From contig NC_073378.1 of NCBI RefSeq assembly GCF_028641065.1, forward strand, positions 85,312,001 through 85,376,000: a stretch of 64,000 bases of DNA, read 5' to 3'. The notes under the pieces were generated by a model that worked only from the letters and a program-made list of their open reading frames with translations, ran no database searches and was not told the origin of the DNA. How positions within the stretch are numbered: the stretch's first letter is position 1; the number at the start of each line of letters is the position of its first letter. The stretch is from Leucoraja erinacea. Lineage: Eukaryota. Position numbers and translations under genes: made by a program. Positions 37,663 through 49,891 of this stretch are shown one piece after another.

Positions 37663-39499
37663 ACACGTGACTCATTTGTGATTATTTATTTATATTTATA
37701 TGAATATTGTTCCCAATTGGCCCCCGCACCTCCTAAGGCCGGCCCTACCAATTAAGCTACCAATCTACTCCATTTTTGGAATATGGTAGGTAACCAAAGC
37801 ACCTATATGGTTAACGTAGGACATGAAAACTCCACACATAATGTCCAATTGCTGATAATTGAACCACAGTCACTGGAACTGAGAGGCTGCAGTTCTGCTG
37901 GTTGCACTATTAAGTACCATTCTAGAAAACAGAAAATACTAGAAATACTCAGCAGTTCAGGCAGCATTTGTGGAGAGAACAACAGAGTTAATGTTTCATA
38001 AGAACTGGGAAAAAATATAATGCAGCATATTTAAAGATGCAGAAAGGAGCTGGTGGAGGGAACAAAGGAATGTCTATGTTTGATAGAAATCAAAGAGACT
38101 AAATCACAGAATCATATAATGGATTGGCAAACAATATTATGTATTATCTGGTATTTATTCATTTGGACTATTCGACCTAAGTCCACTCTGCTATTTCGGT
38201 AACTTGCCATGAGAAGAAGTAATTTCCTTTGTTGAATGTAATCTCTCGCAACAATTAACCTCCCGGCCAGATCACAAACTCAAACATTGTGAATGCTTAG
38301 AATATGGAGAGAGATGAACTGAAACAGCCTTTAATATCTCACGGGTGGAAAATGAGAGCAGTTTATCTTGAATGGAATCGTTCACCCTTCAACTTTTGAA
38401 ATTATATTTATCCAGCAAACTGTTTTGTGATTTTAAAACTGTTTTTCTAAGATTTGTAAAATCATTTTTTTTTTTCTAATTAAAAGAGTTCAATGCTTGT
38501 TTGAACAATGCTTAATATGGGCCTTGCATTAAAAAATCCAAACATATCTTTTATATTGTTATGTAGTCACTCATAGATTGCTGTAATCTTAACAATTTTC
38601 CAAAAATTCTGCAAAAAAGTATATTCTTATTCTGTGCCGCCCAGTAGAATTTTCTCAAAACTCAGACTGCATTTGTATAAAAGCAATCGTATGCACAATG
38701 TTGTGGTAGCATATTTCTTTCAGTTAGTTATGGTTTACTAATCATATGAATCATTCATTGCACCAGGAGACGCTGTGCTGACTTGTCCCATGCATTACCT
38801 ATTCCTCTTAATCCAAGGAGAATACCTCTCACCCTGAGCAGAGAGTCCTCATCATCTCTGAAAAAACATGGAATCATGAAGACTTGCCAAATGAACAGTG
38901 TGGCTCCCTGAAATCAACCGGAGAAGAAGATATTGAGGCCCAATGTGACCTTCTCAGTAGTCTAGGCATGGCTTTGTGACTGGAGCCCTGCCTGCAGTAA
39001 CAGCAGATCTCAGCAGCCATCTCCTTAAAGAATCATTGAATCTAGGTACATGGCTGATAGGTCAGGTGCGTGCAAAATATCTGAACATTGGAGATTGGCA
39101 GGACCACTGTGAAAAAAGACTTGCCTATCTCTTTATCTCTTCTGCCAAGTTCAAGTTCAAGTTTATTGCCATGTGTCCCTGATATGACAATGAAACTCAC
39201 CTTGTGAGTTGCAAGGTACAAGCTCACCTTGTTCGCAGTACCTTTTCTTTCCCAGGTTATGCTGGTGGCTCAGTGGATGCGCTCTCTCTCGCTCTCTCTT
39301 TCGCTCTCTCCCTCTCAATTTTTCAATTTTTTTTCCATTTAAAAACTTTATTGGCATGATAAAAAATACATTGTTATGTTGCCAAAGTATAAAACATGAC
39401 ATACATATTTAAAATGCATAAGTATAAATACAAGTATACAGTGCATGGATAGATATGTCCCTGTACATAAACTCGCAATAGGCCTATAGCCCTTTATTG

Positions 39500-39762
39500 G
39501 TTGCTACACGTTCTTGCAGCTGTAAGCAGTACAACAGAATAGCAAGTTTAGCAATTCAATATTAATTTCTTAGTGTCAGTTAATGTCAATTAGTGTGTGC
39601 GTGCGTATGTGCATGTTGGTCATTCACCGTCTCTCAGGTTATGGCATGCTGTTACGTATTGTGCACCAAGATGTGCCGTATTTCCTTCACCAAGGATTAT
39701 TCTTAGTTTTGATATATCATCCAGTTCTTTAAAATCAGCGGTTGCCAGACTGAGTTTGTCAA
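39500..39762 (-). mobile_element. LINE 3' end (CR1/L2/Crack-related, unassigned)
   Basis: KLRIILGEGNTAHLGAQYVTACHNLR* C-terminus. Confidence 0.45.
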
Positions 39763-39848
39763 AGTATGTCTCTCCCTCGCCCTCTCCCTCTCCCTCCCTC
39801 TCTCCCCCTCCCCTCCCTCTCCCTCTCCCCTCTCCCCCTCTCCCTCTC

Positions 39849-40423
39849 CCTGGTTCTGGACTCCCCCAACATCGGGAACATGTTTCCTGCCTCTAACGTG
39901 TCCAAGCCCTTAACAATCTTATATGTTTCAATGAGATATCCTCTCATCCTTCTAAACTCCAGAGTGTACAAGCCCAGCTGCTCCATTCTCTCAGCATATG
40001 ACAGTCCCGCCATCCTGGGAATTAACCTTGTAAACCTACGCTGCACTCCCTCAATAGCAAGAATGTCCTTCCTCAAATTAGGGGACCAAAAATGCATACA
40101 GTACTCCAGGTGTGGTCTCATTAGGGCTCTGTACAACTGCAGAAGGATCTCTATGCTCCTATATTCGATTCCTCTTGTTATAAATGCCAACATGCCATTC
40201 ACTTTCTTCACTGCCTGCTGTACCTGCATGCTTACTTTCATAGACTGATGTACAAGGACCCCCCAGATCCCGTTGTACTTCTCCTTTTCCCAATTTGACG
40301 CCATTTAGATAGTGATCTGCCTTCTAGTTTTTGCTACCAAAGTGGATAACCTCACATGTATCCACATTAAACATCATCTGCCATGCATCTGCCCACTCCC
40401 CCAACCTGTCCAAGTCACCCTGC
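39849..40423 (-). mobile_element. CR1 ORF2 fragment
   Basis: ORF 39759..40304 (LYRALMRPHLEYC); abuts a CT microsatellite at 39768-39850. Confidence 0.85.
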
Positions 40424-41559
40424 TTGGTTGACCAAGTCACATCAACTTTGTTACCATTATGCATACTACTCTGTATGGGTTATTTCATTGCTCTGAAAAC
40501 ATTTTTCCATCATATAACTATAAGAGCTGGTATTATGTCTCCTGACAAGTATACAGTATACAATATACATCTCAGTATACCATATAAATCCAGGTTTCAA
40601 TAGTAAATTTGCAGAATAACAGCACTGGCTCCAATTACCAATGCTCAATTTTGTGAGAAATAGAATGCGCCCATGTTGTAGTCGTGACAATTGTTTCAAT
40701 TCATTCCTGCTTCTAATAACGAGTTTAGCTTATTCTGTTGCTCTGCCTCTCTCATTTGTAACTGTTTGGTATTTGCTATCAATCAAACCTTTGATAGTTC
40801 AGTGAACATCTGGTCAACATGGTTCAACAAGAAGTGGGATGCAAGAGCTCATATGTTCTGAGACGTCATTTCTGACAAGCATGTTTTGGGCAACATAGAG
40901 GTGTTACAAGTAGTTTTTCCTGTCTCTCAACTCAACTCTCAACGACCCAGATTTGATTCTGTCATTGAGTGCTATCCGTGGTGAGTTTTCATGTTCACTT
41001 TGTGGTTGTGTGGGTCCCTTGTGTGGCTGCAATTTCCTCCGACGTCTTGAAGTCGTGTTAGAGACTAATTTGCTGCAACAAATTATCCCAGCTACTGGGA
41101 TAGATAGGTGACTTGTGGAAGCATTGGATGTCGTTCTAATGGGAATGAATGAGAACATATCTTTCGCAATATAAATGGGGACATGGGAGTAATGGAATTT
41201 TCTTCAAAACGGGTATAGAATCAATGGACTGAATAGCTCCTTATCAGTTGTAAAGAAACCGTGAATTTGGTGTCGTCAATTTTTTTTGTGGGAATCCTCA
41301 GGAATCTTTGATTGAACTCTAAGAACACGTCTGCGCACATTTTGAGACCTGATTGCCTTGTTACTTCATCAAGTTTCCTGGTTTCATTTTAATCAGCGGC
41401 AATTCTACATGGCATGCAGCCACGTTTATCCTGCCAGAATCAAAGTGGATCCAAGTTCACTTGCATATATTTGCGTTGCAAACATCGTGAGGCAGTTGTA
41501 TTGGCACAAGCACAATATCATTTAACAGACACGGGGCATTTAAGAAATTGGCTCGCAGG

Positions 41560-42450
41560 GATTTACTGCAGGCTGAGCGAATGGAAGTGTATCAAAGCTC
41601 ACAGCTCCAATCAGACGCGAGCAGCGGCGGGACAAGGGGCTCAAGTTCGCAGTGAGTCACGGGAGCTGTAGTCCATGGCTTCATTGAGTGGACGTGCCGG
41701 CCGAGTGCGGGGACCACAGTTCCCAGAAGGTGCCGGGAGGAGGTGGACAGAGTGTCCAGTCGCCTCCTCCGCTTGCAGCCTCCGCTCGGGTTGGCGACAA
41801 CGTTTTTCGTCTTGGCGTTTTGCACATGGTAACGTGCGGCCACAATACCGTCAGACTGTTTTGGAAATGGCGCAGGCAATATTTTGCAATACCAGCGTTT
41901 AAAACAGAACCCAAAAGAACCTCATGTATTAAAATAGCCTCCTGGACTGCGGTGTTTGCGGCTCCTCGGTGTGTGCGTTTTCTTTTCTATCCTGTCTTTT
42001 TTTTTGCTGGAGATCCTATTGACTGCTGGAGATTGGGGAGCACAGTTGAATCGCCGCTCAAACAGGGAGGCAGCTCTGACACGGGAACTGTGGTGCTCGA
42101 TACTTTTATATTGCCCGAATCATCGAGTTGGAAACATTTGTATCGCAGCCTGTGGGTGCTGGATGGCCAGCGGCTGTCCACACGCACACACGGTCTGCCC
42201 CAAGAGGGGGATTTGACGGAGTAAAGGTAACTAACACTCCGTATTTGACAGTTCAGGAAGTGGTTTGAAATGGGCAATACCGCCACTACATGTAAAAGAC
42301 TGCCGATGTGTCAGCATTGAATTCTACAAGAAACAACGGCAGATACATCGAGAATGGCATCAAGTAACTCGAGTTTATCTGGTTCATCAGTTTCTTCAGG
42401 TAAGGACAACATGACCAATTAACTAGCGGTGCCCGTATTAGCTGACGGAC
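41560..42450 (+). promoter_or_regulatory. CHN2: CpG-island promoter / 5' leader of CHN2
   Basis: CpG-rich non-repeat stretch in CpG-poor surroundings; CCAAT at 41607, TGAGTCA at 41653; directly upstream of the first coding exon. Confidence 0.75.
42354..42399 (+). CDS. CHN2: Beta2-chimaerin (Rac GAP) first coding exon
   Basis: ATG GCA TCA AGT AAC TCG AGT TTA TCT GGT TCA TCA GTT TCT TCA G|gtaagg encodes MASSNSSLSGSSVSS(D), matching the human N-terminus MAASSNSSLSGSSVSSD as I recall it, with a phase-1 donor. Exon 2 (DAEEYQPPIWKSY) not seen in the window. Confidence 0.9.
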
Positions 42451-43331
42451 TGACTGCATGTTTATAGGCATTGTCTTAGCACTTAGTAAGTGCGTTGTCT
42501 GACGTTTTGTTTAAATATCTAATCCATGGTAACATGGTGTTTACTGGAGTTGGACCGTGTTTTTGTTTTAAAAATGCATCTGCTGCCATGGTGAAATTGA
42601 CATTGTTCCTTTCAGATAAATGTACAACAACATCATCTTTATATAAATCATTGGAAGTCGTATTTCTCCGTCTTGGGTCCGCAACCTCTAAAATAAAATG
42701 CAAGTTATTTTTGCCTGTGTGCCAGGTTAATTTGCAGTACATCAACAATAAGAATTTTAGTCGTCCTTTGGTTGTAAAGCAAAAACCTGCTGTAAAATTC
42801 TTCAATTAAATATCTCTCGAGATATACTGATACACGTGAATTACCAAATAAAAATATTTATTTTAATTTTTAATTTCTTATCAACATTTCCATAATAGAC
42901 ATTTTAATTTTTTAAAGAAAAAATGTTCTAACGGTAACGTGATTGATATTGTATTTTAGTAGGATAAATGAATAGTTTCTTACCGAGAATTTTGCTTCGT
43001 GGCAAGTATTACAGATCATTTAGCAATGGTGACAAAATGCTGAGAGGAGGAAGATTTTTTTAAAGTTTAGCAGTGATTAGAATGTTAGAAAATCACATTG
43101 AGAGCGTTCTAGCAGCAATTCTACAATATGAAAAAAAGTAATTCTTAGATACCTTTTGAATGTTAGACTCTCAAGGCAAGAATATGCAAGAATAACTGAT
43201 TCGGAGAGTAGTTAAGTTGATTTAAATTAAAGTGGCAACATTTGTTCAATGTGAATCATCCTTCTGTTTGCTTGCGGATGGATTTGTGGGGGGGTGGAGA
43301 TAATGATTAATGAGTGAACAAAGATCATTTA

Positions 43332-44917
43332 TAGTGCCCTCCAAACACCTAGCATTTATTTATTGGCCTCCATACTCCACAACTTGCGATTGGCAATAGA
43401 AAAAAATCACATGTGGTTAAAGTGCACAATGTCAGATTTTATTAAAGGATATTTTTATACATTTTGGTTTCACCATGTAGAAATTGCAGATGTGTTTATA
43501 CTCTCTCTCTTTCCCCCCCCCCATTTTCAGGGCCATAATGTTTGGGACACATGGCTTCACAGGCGTTTTAATTGCTCAGGTGTGTTTAACCGCCTCCTTA
43601 ATGCAGGTATAAGAGAGCTATCAGCACATAGTCTTTCCTCCAGTCTTTCCATCACCTTTGGAAACTATTATTGCTATGTATATGAGGACCAAGGTTGTGC
43701 CAATGAAAGTCAAAGAAGCCATGAGGCTGAGAAACAAGAAAAACAACTATTAGAGACATCAGCCAAACCTTAGATTTACCAAAATCAACTGTTTGGAACA
43801 TCATTAAGAAGAAGGAGAACTGGTGAGTTTACTAATCGCAAAGGGACTGGCAGGCCAAGGAAGATATCCACAGCTGATGACAGAAGAATTCTCTCTATAA
43901 TAAAGAAAAATCCCCAAACACCTGTCCGACAGATCAGAAAACTCTTCAGGAGTTGGGTGTGGATTTATCAATAACTACTGTTGCAGAAGACTTCATGAAC
44001 AGAAATGCAGAAGCTACACTGCAAGATGCAAACCACTGATTAGCTGCAAAAATAGGATTAGCAGGTTAGTTTGCGAAGAAGTACTTAAAAGAACAACCAC
44101 CGTTCTAGAAAAAAGGTCTTATGGATAGATGGGATGAAGATTACCTTATATCAGATTGAAGGCGAGCAAAGTATGGAGGGGAGAAGGAACTGCTCAAGAT
44201 CCAAAGCATACCACCTCATCTGTGAAACACAGTGGTGGGCATGTATGGCTGCTGAAAGTATTGGCTCATTTATCTTCATTGATGATGCAACTGCTGATGG
44301 TAGTAGCATAATGCATTCTGAAGTGTGTAGACAAATCCGGCTCGGGTTCAAACAAATGCCTCAAAACTCATTGGCCAGCAGTTCATTCTACAACAAGACA
44401 ATGATCCCAAACATACTGTTAAAGCAACAAAGGAGTTTTTCAAAGCTTAAAAAATGGTAAATTATTGTGTGGCGAAGTTAATCCTTTTATATGCCGAAGA
44501 GAAAACTGAAGGGGACTAGCCCCCCAAACAACCATAAGCTAAAGTTCACTGTAATACAGGCCTGGCAGAGCATCACCAGAGAAGACACCCAGCAACTGAT
44601 GTCCATGAATCACAGACTTCAAGCAGTCATTGCATGCAAAGGATGTGCAACAAATTACTAAACATGATGACTTTCATTTGCATGACATTACTGTGTCCCA
44701 AATATTATGGTGCCATGAAATGGGGGTCTATGTATAAACACTGCTGTAATTTCTACATGGTGAAACCAAAATGTGTAAAAATGTCCTTTATTAAAATCTG
44801 ACAATGTGCACTTCAACCACATGTGATTTTTTTTCCTATTACAAATCTCAAATTGTGGCGTACAGAAGCAAATAAATAAATGATGGGTCTTTGTCCCAAA
44901 CATTATGGAGGGCTTTG
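43332..44917 (+). mobile_element. Full-length, decayed Tc1-like transposon
   Basis: ~220-bp TIRs with internal direct repeats (cataatgtttgggaca), TA flanks, frameshifted transposase ~43682-44665 (LPKSTVWNII, GRPRK, QQDNDPKH). Confidence 0.92.
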
Positions 44918-45044
44918 TATGCTGTAATTCTTTTTTTTTTTTTAATGCGGAACAGTTCTGTTTCATTTAAATATAATTGGTGTGGTATGGTGTAAATGTA
45001 CTGTATATATCAAGAATATTACTTGGTCTGACGAGCTCTTGGTT

Positions 45045-45295
45045 AGATAGTGGAGTCAAGCGATATGGGGAATCGGCAGGAACGCAGATTGTGGATGATC
45101 AGCCATGATCGCAGTGAATGGCGGTGCTGGCTCGAAGGGCTGAATGGCCTACTCCTTCTTTTGTCTATTGAAGGGTCAACCCGAAACGTCACCCATTCCT
45201 TCTCTTCAGAGATGCTGCCTGTCCCGCTGAGTTACTCCAGCATTTTGTGCCTATCTTTGATTTCAAACAGCATCTGCAGTTCTTTTCTACACATA
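45045..45295 (+). mobile_element. CR1 3' end followed by a Penelope terminal-repeat fragment
   Basis: gatcagccatgatc...; then gaagggtcaacccgaaacgtcacc...gctgagttactccagc. Confidence 0.65.
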
Positions 45296-46468
45296 TTACA
45301 TGGCCTTCCTGATTAGAAAATAACATCAGTAATTTTCCAATAACAATACAAGGACTAAAATGCTTCACATGTGAAATATACTTTCATATTCCAGTGGCAT
45401 TATGTTAAAGCTTTTGATGTCGGCCGCTCTGTAATTTGTGACATAAAACTGACACATATGATGTACTTAACTATTTGCTTTTAAACAAAAACAAAATAAT
45501 ACTATCTGATAATACATCATGTTGTAAAATTTCAGGTGCTGATGATATCTTTTCGTAAAAACATTATGATACTTTTAAACCTTTCCAATGTATGGCCTAA
45601 GCATTTTTAATGTTTAACTCTTCCATGTAAATGTCTGTTAATAATCATTTAAAAATTGGTACCGTGCCATTATGGTACAGTGAAGACTGGCATTTGGATG
45701 TGTTGGTGTAGTCAATATTTAGGAATCCATTAAAAATAGTAAATATAAGTACTGCATGGATTTGCATTTATAGTGACTAAAGTAATCTGAGTCTATTCAT
45801 GCATGTTTCTAATATCTCCCTCTAGTTTGGCTCACTATATGTTCATCTCAAAGGTCTACTCTATCTGTGGACCAATGTTGTATCTTTAAAAAGCCATAAC
45901 ATTGCTGTTAAACTTTCGAATGATTAAGATTTCTTCATATGCAATTTAAAAATGAATGAATCAACCAATTGCAAAACTTTGCTGACTGACGTCTCAATGA
46001 GTCAGTTGGGAGTGTATTTTGGCACTTTGATAGCAACAATTGCTCATTTAAATGACAGGAGCATTTAGCTTTAATTCTTGAACATTGGTAATTTAAAATT
46101 TAAAATGGATTCAGTAAGAAAAAGTTTAAAACCTGTGCATTTGATGGTGGTTACAATGCTCAACAAGCAAAAGTAATAATGTGAAATCCTCTGGTGAAGC
46201 TTTCCCCCTTAATTAGAGGATTAATAGTTTATATTGCATTGGATAGTATGTACAGTTTCAACAAACGATAGAGAGCAATTCGTTTTTAAATAAGTATTTT
46301 GATGCATTTCTCCCCATACTTAATGTTTTTCTGAACAAGAAATCCAAGATTGAAGAAGGGTCCCAACCCATACCATCACCTATTATGTTCTCCAGAGATG
46401 CTGGCTGACCAGCTGAGTTACTCCAGCACTTTTTTTGTAAACCTGCATCTGCAGTTCCTTGTATCTAA

Positions 46469-46697
46469 AGGGCCTGTCCCACTTGGGCATTATTTGCGCG
46501 TCACGCAGATAGCGTGCAAAGATTTTGTACATCCCAAAATCCTGGGGCGCCGCACGTCACTGCCTACGTCACCACGCGCCATGCGCGCGTAATACGCACC
46601 ATGAGCGCATCACGTGCCCGGCACGACGCATGTGTCGTGACATGTAAATGATGTTGTGTAAATTAGGCGCAAATGACGCCCAAGTGGGACAGGCCCT
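46469..46697. mobile_element. Harbinger-like MITE
   Basis: TIRs agggcctgtcccacttgggc ... gcccaagtgggacaggccct; TAA/TTA flanks. Confidence 0.8.
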
Positions 46698-47489
46698 TTA
46701 GTTTCCACCAGTTTTTACTCTGAGTCATCCAGCAGAAGCAGTTAGTTACAAATGTGTGGCTCACTGTGCATAAGCTTTTTACCCACTGATACTCTGAGGG
46801 AAATATATGAATAATTAGACAAGCCATATTTTGATCATACTTATTTGTAAGGTGCATTTATAATTGATGTCAGACAGAGTAAATTAGAGGAAGGCTTGGG
46901 AGATTGCGTAAGATCACTGCAAATGGAATCGGAAAATAATTGCAACTTGAGGTTTATTCAGCATAACAAAGTGAAACTTCACCATGACTGAGAACAGATA
47001 CCTAATATCATGGGAATGTCGACGGAGATAAACTGATCACCTGTCTCTCTTTTGTAAAGCAAACCACTGCAGATGCTGGCATCTGAAATAAAAATAGAAA
47101 ATGTTAGAAATGCTGAGCAGCACCTGTGCAGCGAGGAACAGCTGATCTTAAAAATATAATGAACTTTCATCAGAACCTCTGAATCGATCAGGACCTGAGC
47201 AGACATCCAGGTGTTGACTGTGCTCATACAAGTGATGGGTATAATCATTCAGAAGAAGAAAAAGCTTGTCTGTTTCCATTCAACTTTAAATCACACAAAC
47301 TCATAGAATCCTATCATCCACAGCTGAGCGAAATGTGTTGCGTAGAGGAATGGCAGGGTCCTGTTGTCAAAACGTGTCTCAGAAATTTATATTTTTTAAC
47401 GATGTGGTCAAGAAGAGTTAAGATATTTTACCATGAGTGAATCAAGCACGCAACCATTCCCAGCCATCCAATTAGTTTACATGGAATCT

Positions 47490-48045
47490 CCAAAAACCTC
47501 GACAGGTGCACGAGGGAAAGCTTTTTATCAAGATGCATCAGAGTGTGTTTTAGGAACAGCTCCATCCAAGATGGCAAGAAATTGGAGAGTTATAAAAGAG
47601 GCCCAAACCATCACGAAAACCAATCTCCCTTCCATTGACTCCATCCACACTTCACACTGCCTCAACAAGGCCACCAGTATAATCAAGGAACAGACTTATC
47701 CTGGTTACTACCTCTTCTCCCCTCTCCCATCAGGCAAAAAGGTACAGAAGTGTGAAATCACATTGCTCTAGATTTGGGAACAATTTCTTTCCAGTTGTTA
47801 GCAGTGAACAGTCCTTCAGCTAGAGTGCCATTCTGACCTCCCATCAACCTCGTTGGTGACCTTTGAACTATTTTTAATCTGACTTTATTGGGCTTCAATA
47901 TTATATCTTGCACTAAAGGTTGTATCCTTTATATGTGTCCTGTGGATAGCTTGATTGTATTCATCTACAGTCTTTTCTTTGACTGGGTAGCAAGCAAACA
48001 AAAGCTTTTCACTTACATCTGTACATTTGACAATAATAAACTAAA
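47490..48045 (+). mobile_element. Old Rex1-type LINE 3' fragment
   Basis: TNLPSIDSIHTSHCLNKATSIIK...PLPSGK. Confidence 0.7.
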
Positions 48046-48649
48046 TTAATGAAATATTTGTCATTGGGCTGGGCAAGTGACTTTGCAATACTTATTAAAA
48101 CAAATTAAGGTTAAATGAACCATTCTTTATTTCCTTAATCACCCTCTGCTTTGTTCTTCATAAAGGTATGTCTTTCACACACCCTACCATATCTTTAGTC
48201 TCCCTCTCCCCTGATTCTCAATCTGATGAAGGATCTCGACCCAAAACATCACCTGTTCTTTCTCTCCAGAGATGCTGCCTGTTATTGAGTTACTCCAGCG
48301 TTTTATGTCTATTCCATCCAAGGCACAACTGTTTGATTTGAGAAACAAAGAAGTGCAGTGATGAAGTAATTCAGCGAGTCAGACAGCCAGAGTCGCACAG
48401 TTACTCCAGCACTTTGCGTCGATAACTGCTAGAATTTTGCCCTTTGGACTTAATATTGCTTCCTCTGTCACAAATGCTCTGTGCTGACAACATGCAAGGT
48501 TTACAGGAACAATGCATCAAATGACAAGGGTTACTTTGATGACATTTGTTTCTGTATTGCTGAGTATTTTGCAGTGAATAACCTGCCTCCAGACTTTCAA
48601 AACCTTTGCACATTTTCATATTCGCTGGGAATTTGACAGAATGCTCACT

Positions 48650-48916
48650 TGTGTGGGAGGCGCTACAGGTCTCCGTTGCCAGACCAGCAGGTCCAGGAAC
48701 AGCTGTTACATTACTTAACTCTGTACCTTGGTGATTGCCAGTCACCCCCGCCCCCAGACACTCCTTCCACCAGAAAAAATTGCACTACTACTGTATGTAC
48801 GTAAATACATTTATTGCTCATATTCTATGTTGCTCTTCTAGGGAGATGCTAATGCATTTTGTTGTCTGTACACTGTACTGTACACTGCACAATGACAATA
48901 AAGTTTGAATCTGAAT
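48650..48916 (+). mobile_element. Rex1-type 3' end, same family as 1373-1915
   Basis: gcgctacaggtctc...gggagatgctaatgcattt...(TGAATC) tail. Confidence 0.65.
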
Positions 48917-49891
48917 ATGCAGCAATAAGATTCAAGTTGTATACCATCCAATACCAATAGGTTAATTGATTTGCACCTCATCCACCACTTCATGCTTCCT
49001 TTTTCCCATAGTTTTTGCCATCCACAAAATGCATTAGCAGTGTAACAAGGTTGTAATCCATATCTCCCAAAGTCGTTCTTCGTACCAAAAACTCAAATTG
49101 TTGCAGTAATATAAAAACTGTGTCTAACATGTCATTTTATTAAACCTAGGATAAATTAATATGGACACAACTAGCCAGTATTTAATAATCTTGCCTTACC
49201 CTCGTGGGATGTTTCTGGTGAGCCACTTTCATTAATTGCTGCAGTCCCTGTGGTAAACATATTCCAGTGTAAGACTGCACTACCAATGAATTGTCTGTCA
49301 AGATGCACATTACTTCATTTGAAATTATATAGCTAATCCTCATTGTTTTTTTTAATATCCTGGAACGTTCTTTCTAAAGGCACACTTTCTCTTTGTCTAC
49401 CCCGTATCTAACTTTCCAGAATGCCTAAGGCCCTTTGCAGGGAAAAGAACAGCATCGCCCTGCTTAATCACCTCTTGGTAACTTTAAATTTCATTCAAAC
49501 AAAATCTTATCACGTCCCACCAAGATGGTCCTTGCCATTTTGCAAAGATGATGCATTTTTGACAAGCTTTTTGAAACCATGTTGTTTTAGTAAATGATGA
49601 AATGCATAAATAGCAGCCCCAGTCTGGTGGAACCACCACTTCCCACCCTTTCCCTGTCACTGACCTTTGCTCTCATTGCTTATCAAGCAGTCAATCTTTT
49701 ATTAAACATTTTTAATTTAAAAATGAGATCACTCTTATATATATTGACTCTATTTTTAATTAATAAAATGTAATTACATTTTCCAGTCCAATAGTTTCCA
49801 TTCAATAAGTGGGCCTGCAGCTCCAACTCTGGTCTGGAGAACCCTTCAACAGAGCACAGTGGAAAAGTACTGGTTGAACTTCACCTGTATT

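Noticed and set aside
38760-39150. Coding-looking island with NIGD, like paramyxovirus L RNIGDP
   Set aside because: Spacing to the upstream proline motif is wrong and no other motif supports it.
41688-42224. 178-aa ORF in the CpG island
   Set aside because: Non-ATG start, crosses donor-like and pyrimidine-tract sequence, no recognisable domain; expected by chance in GC-rich DNA.
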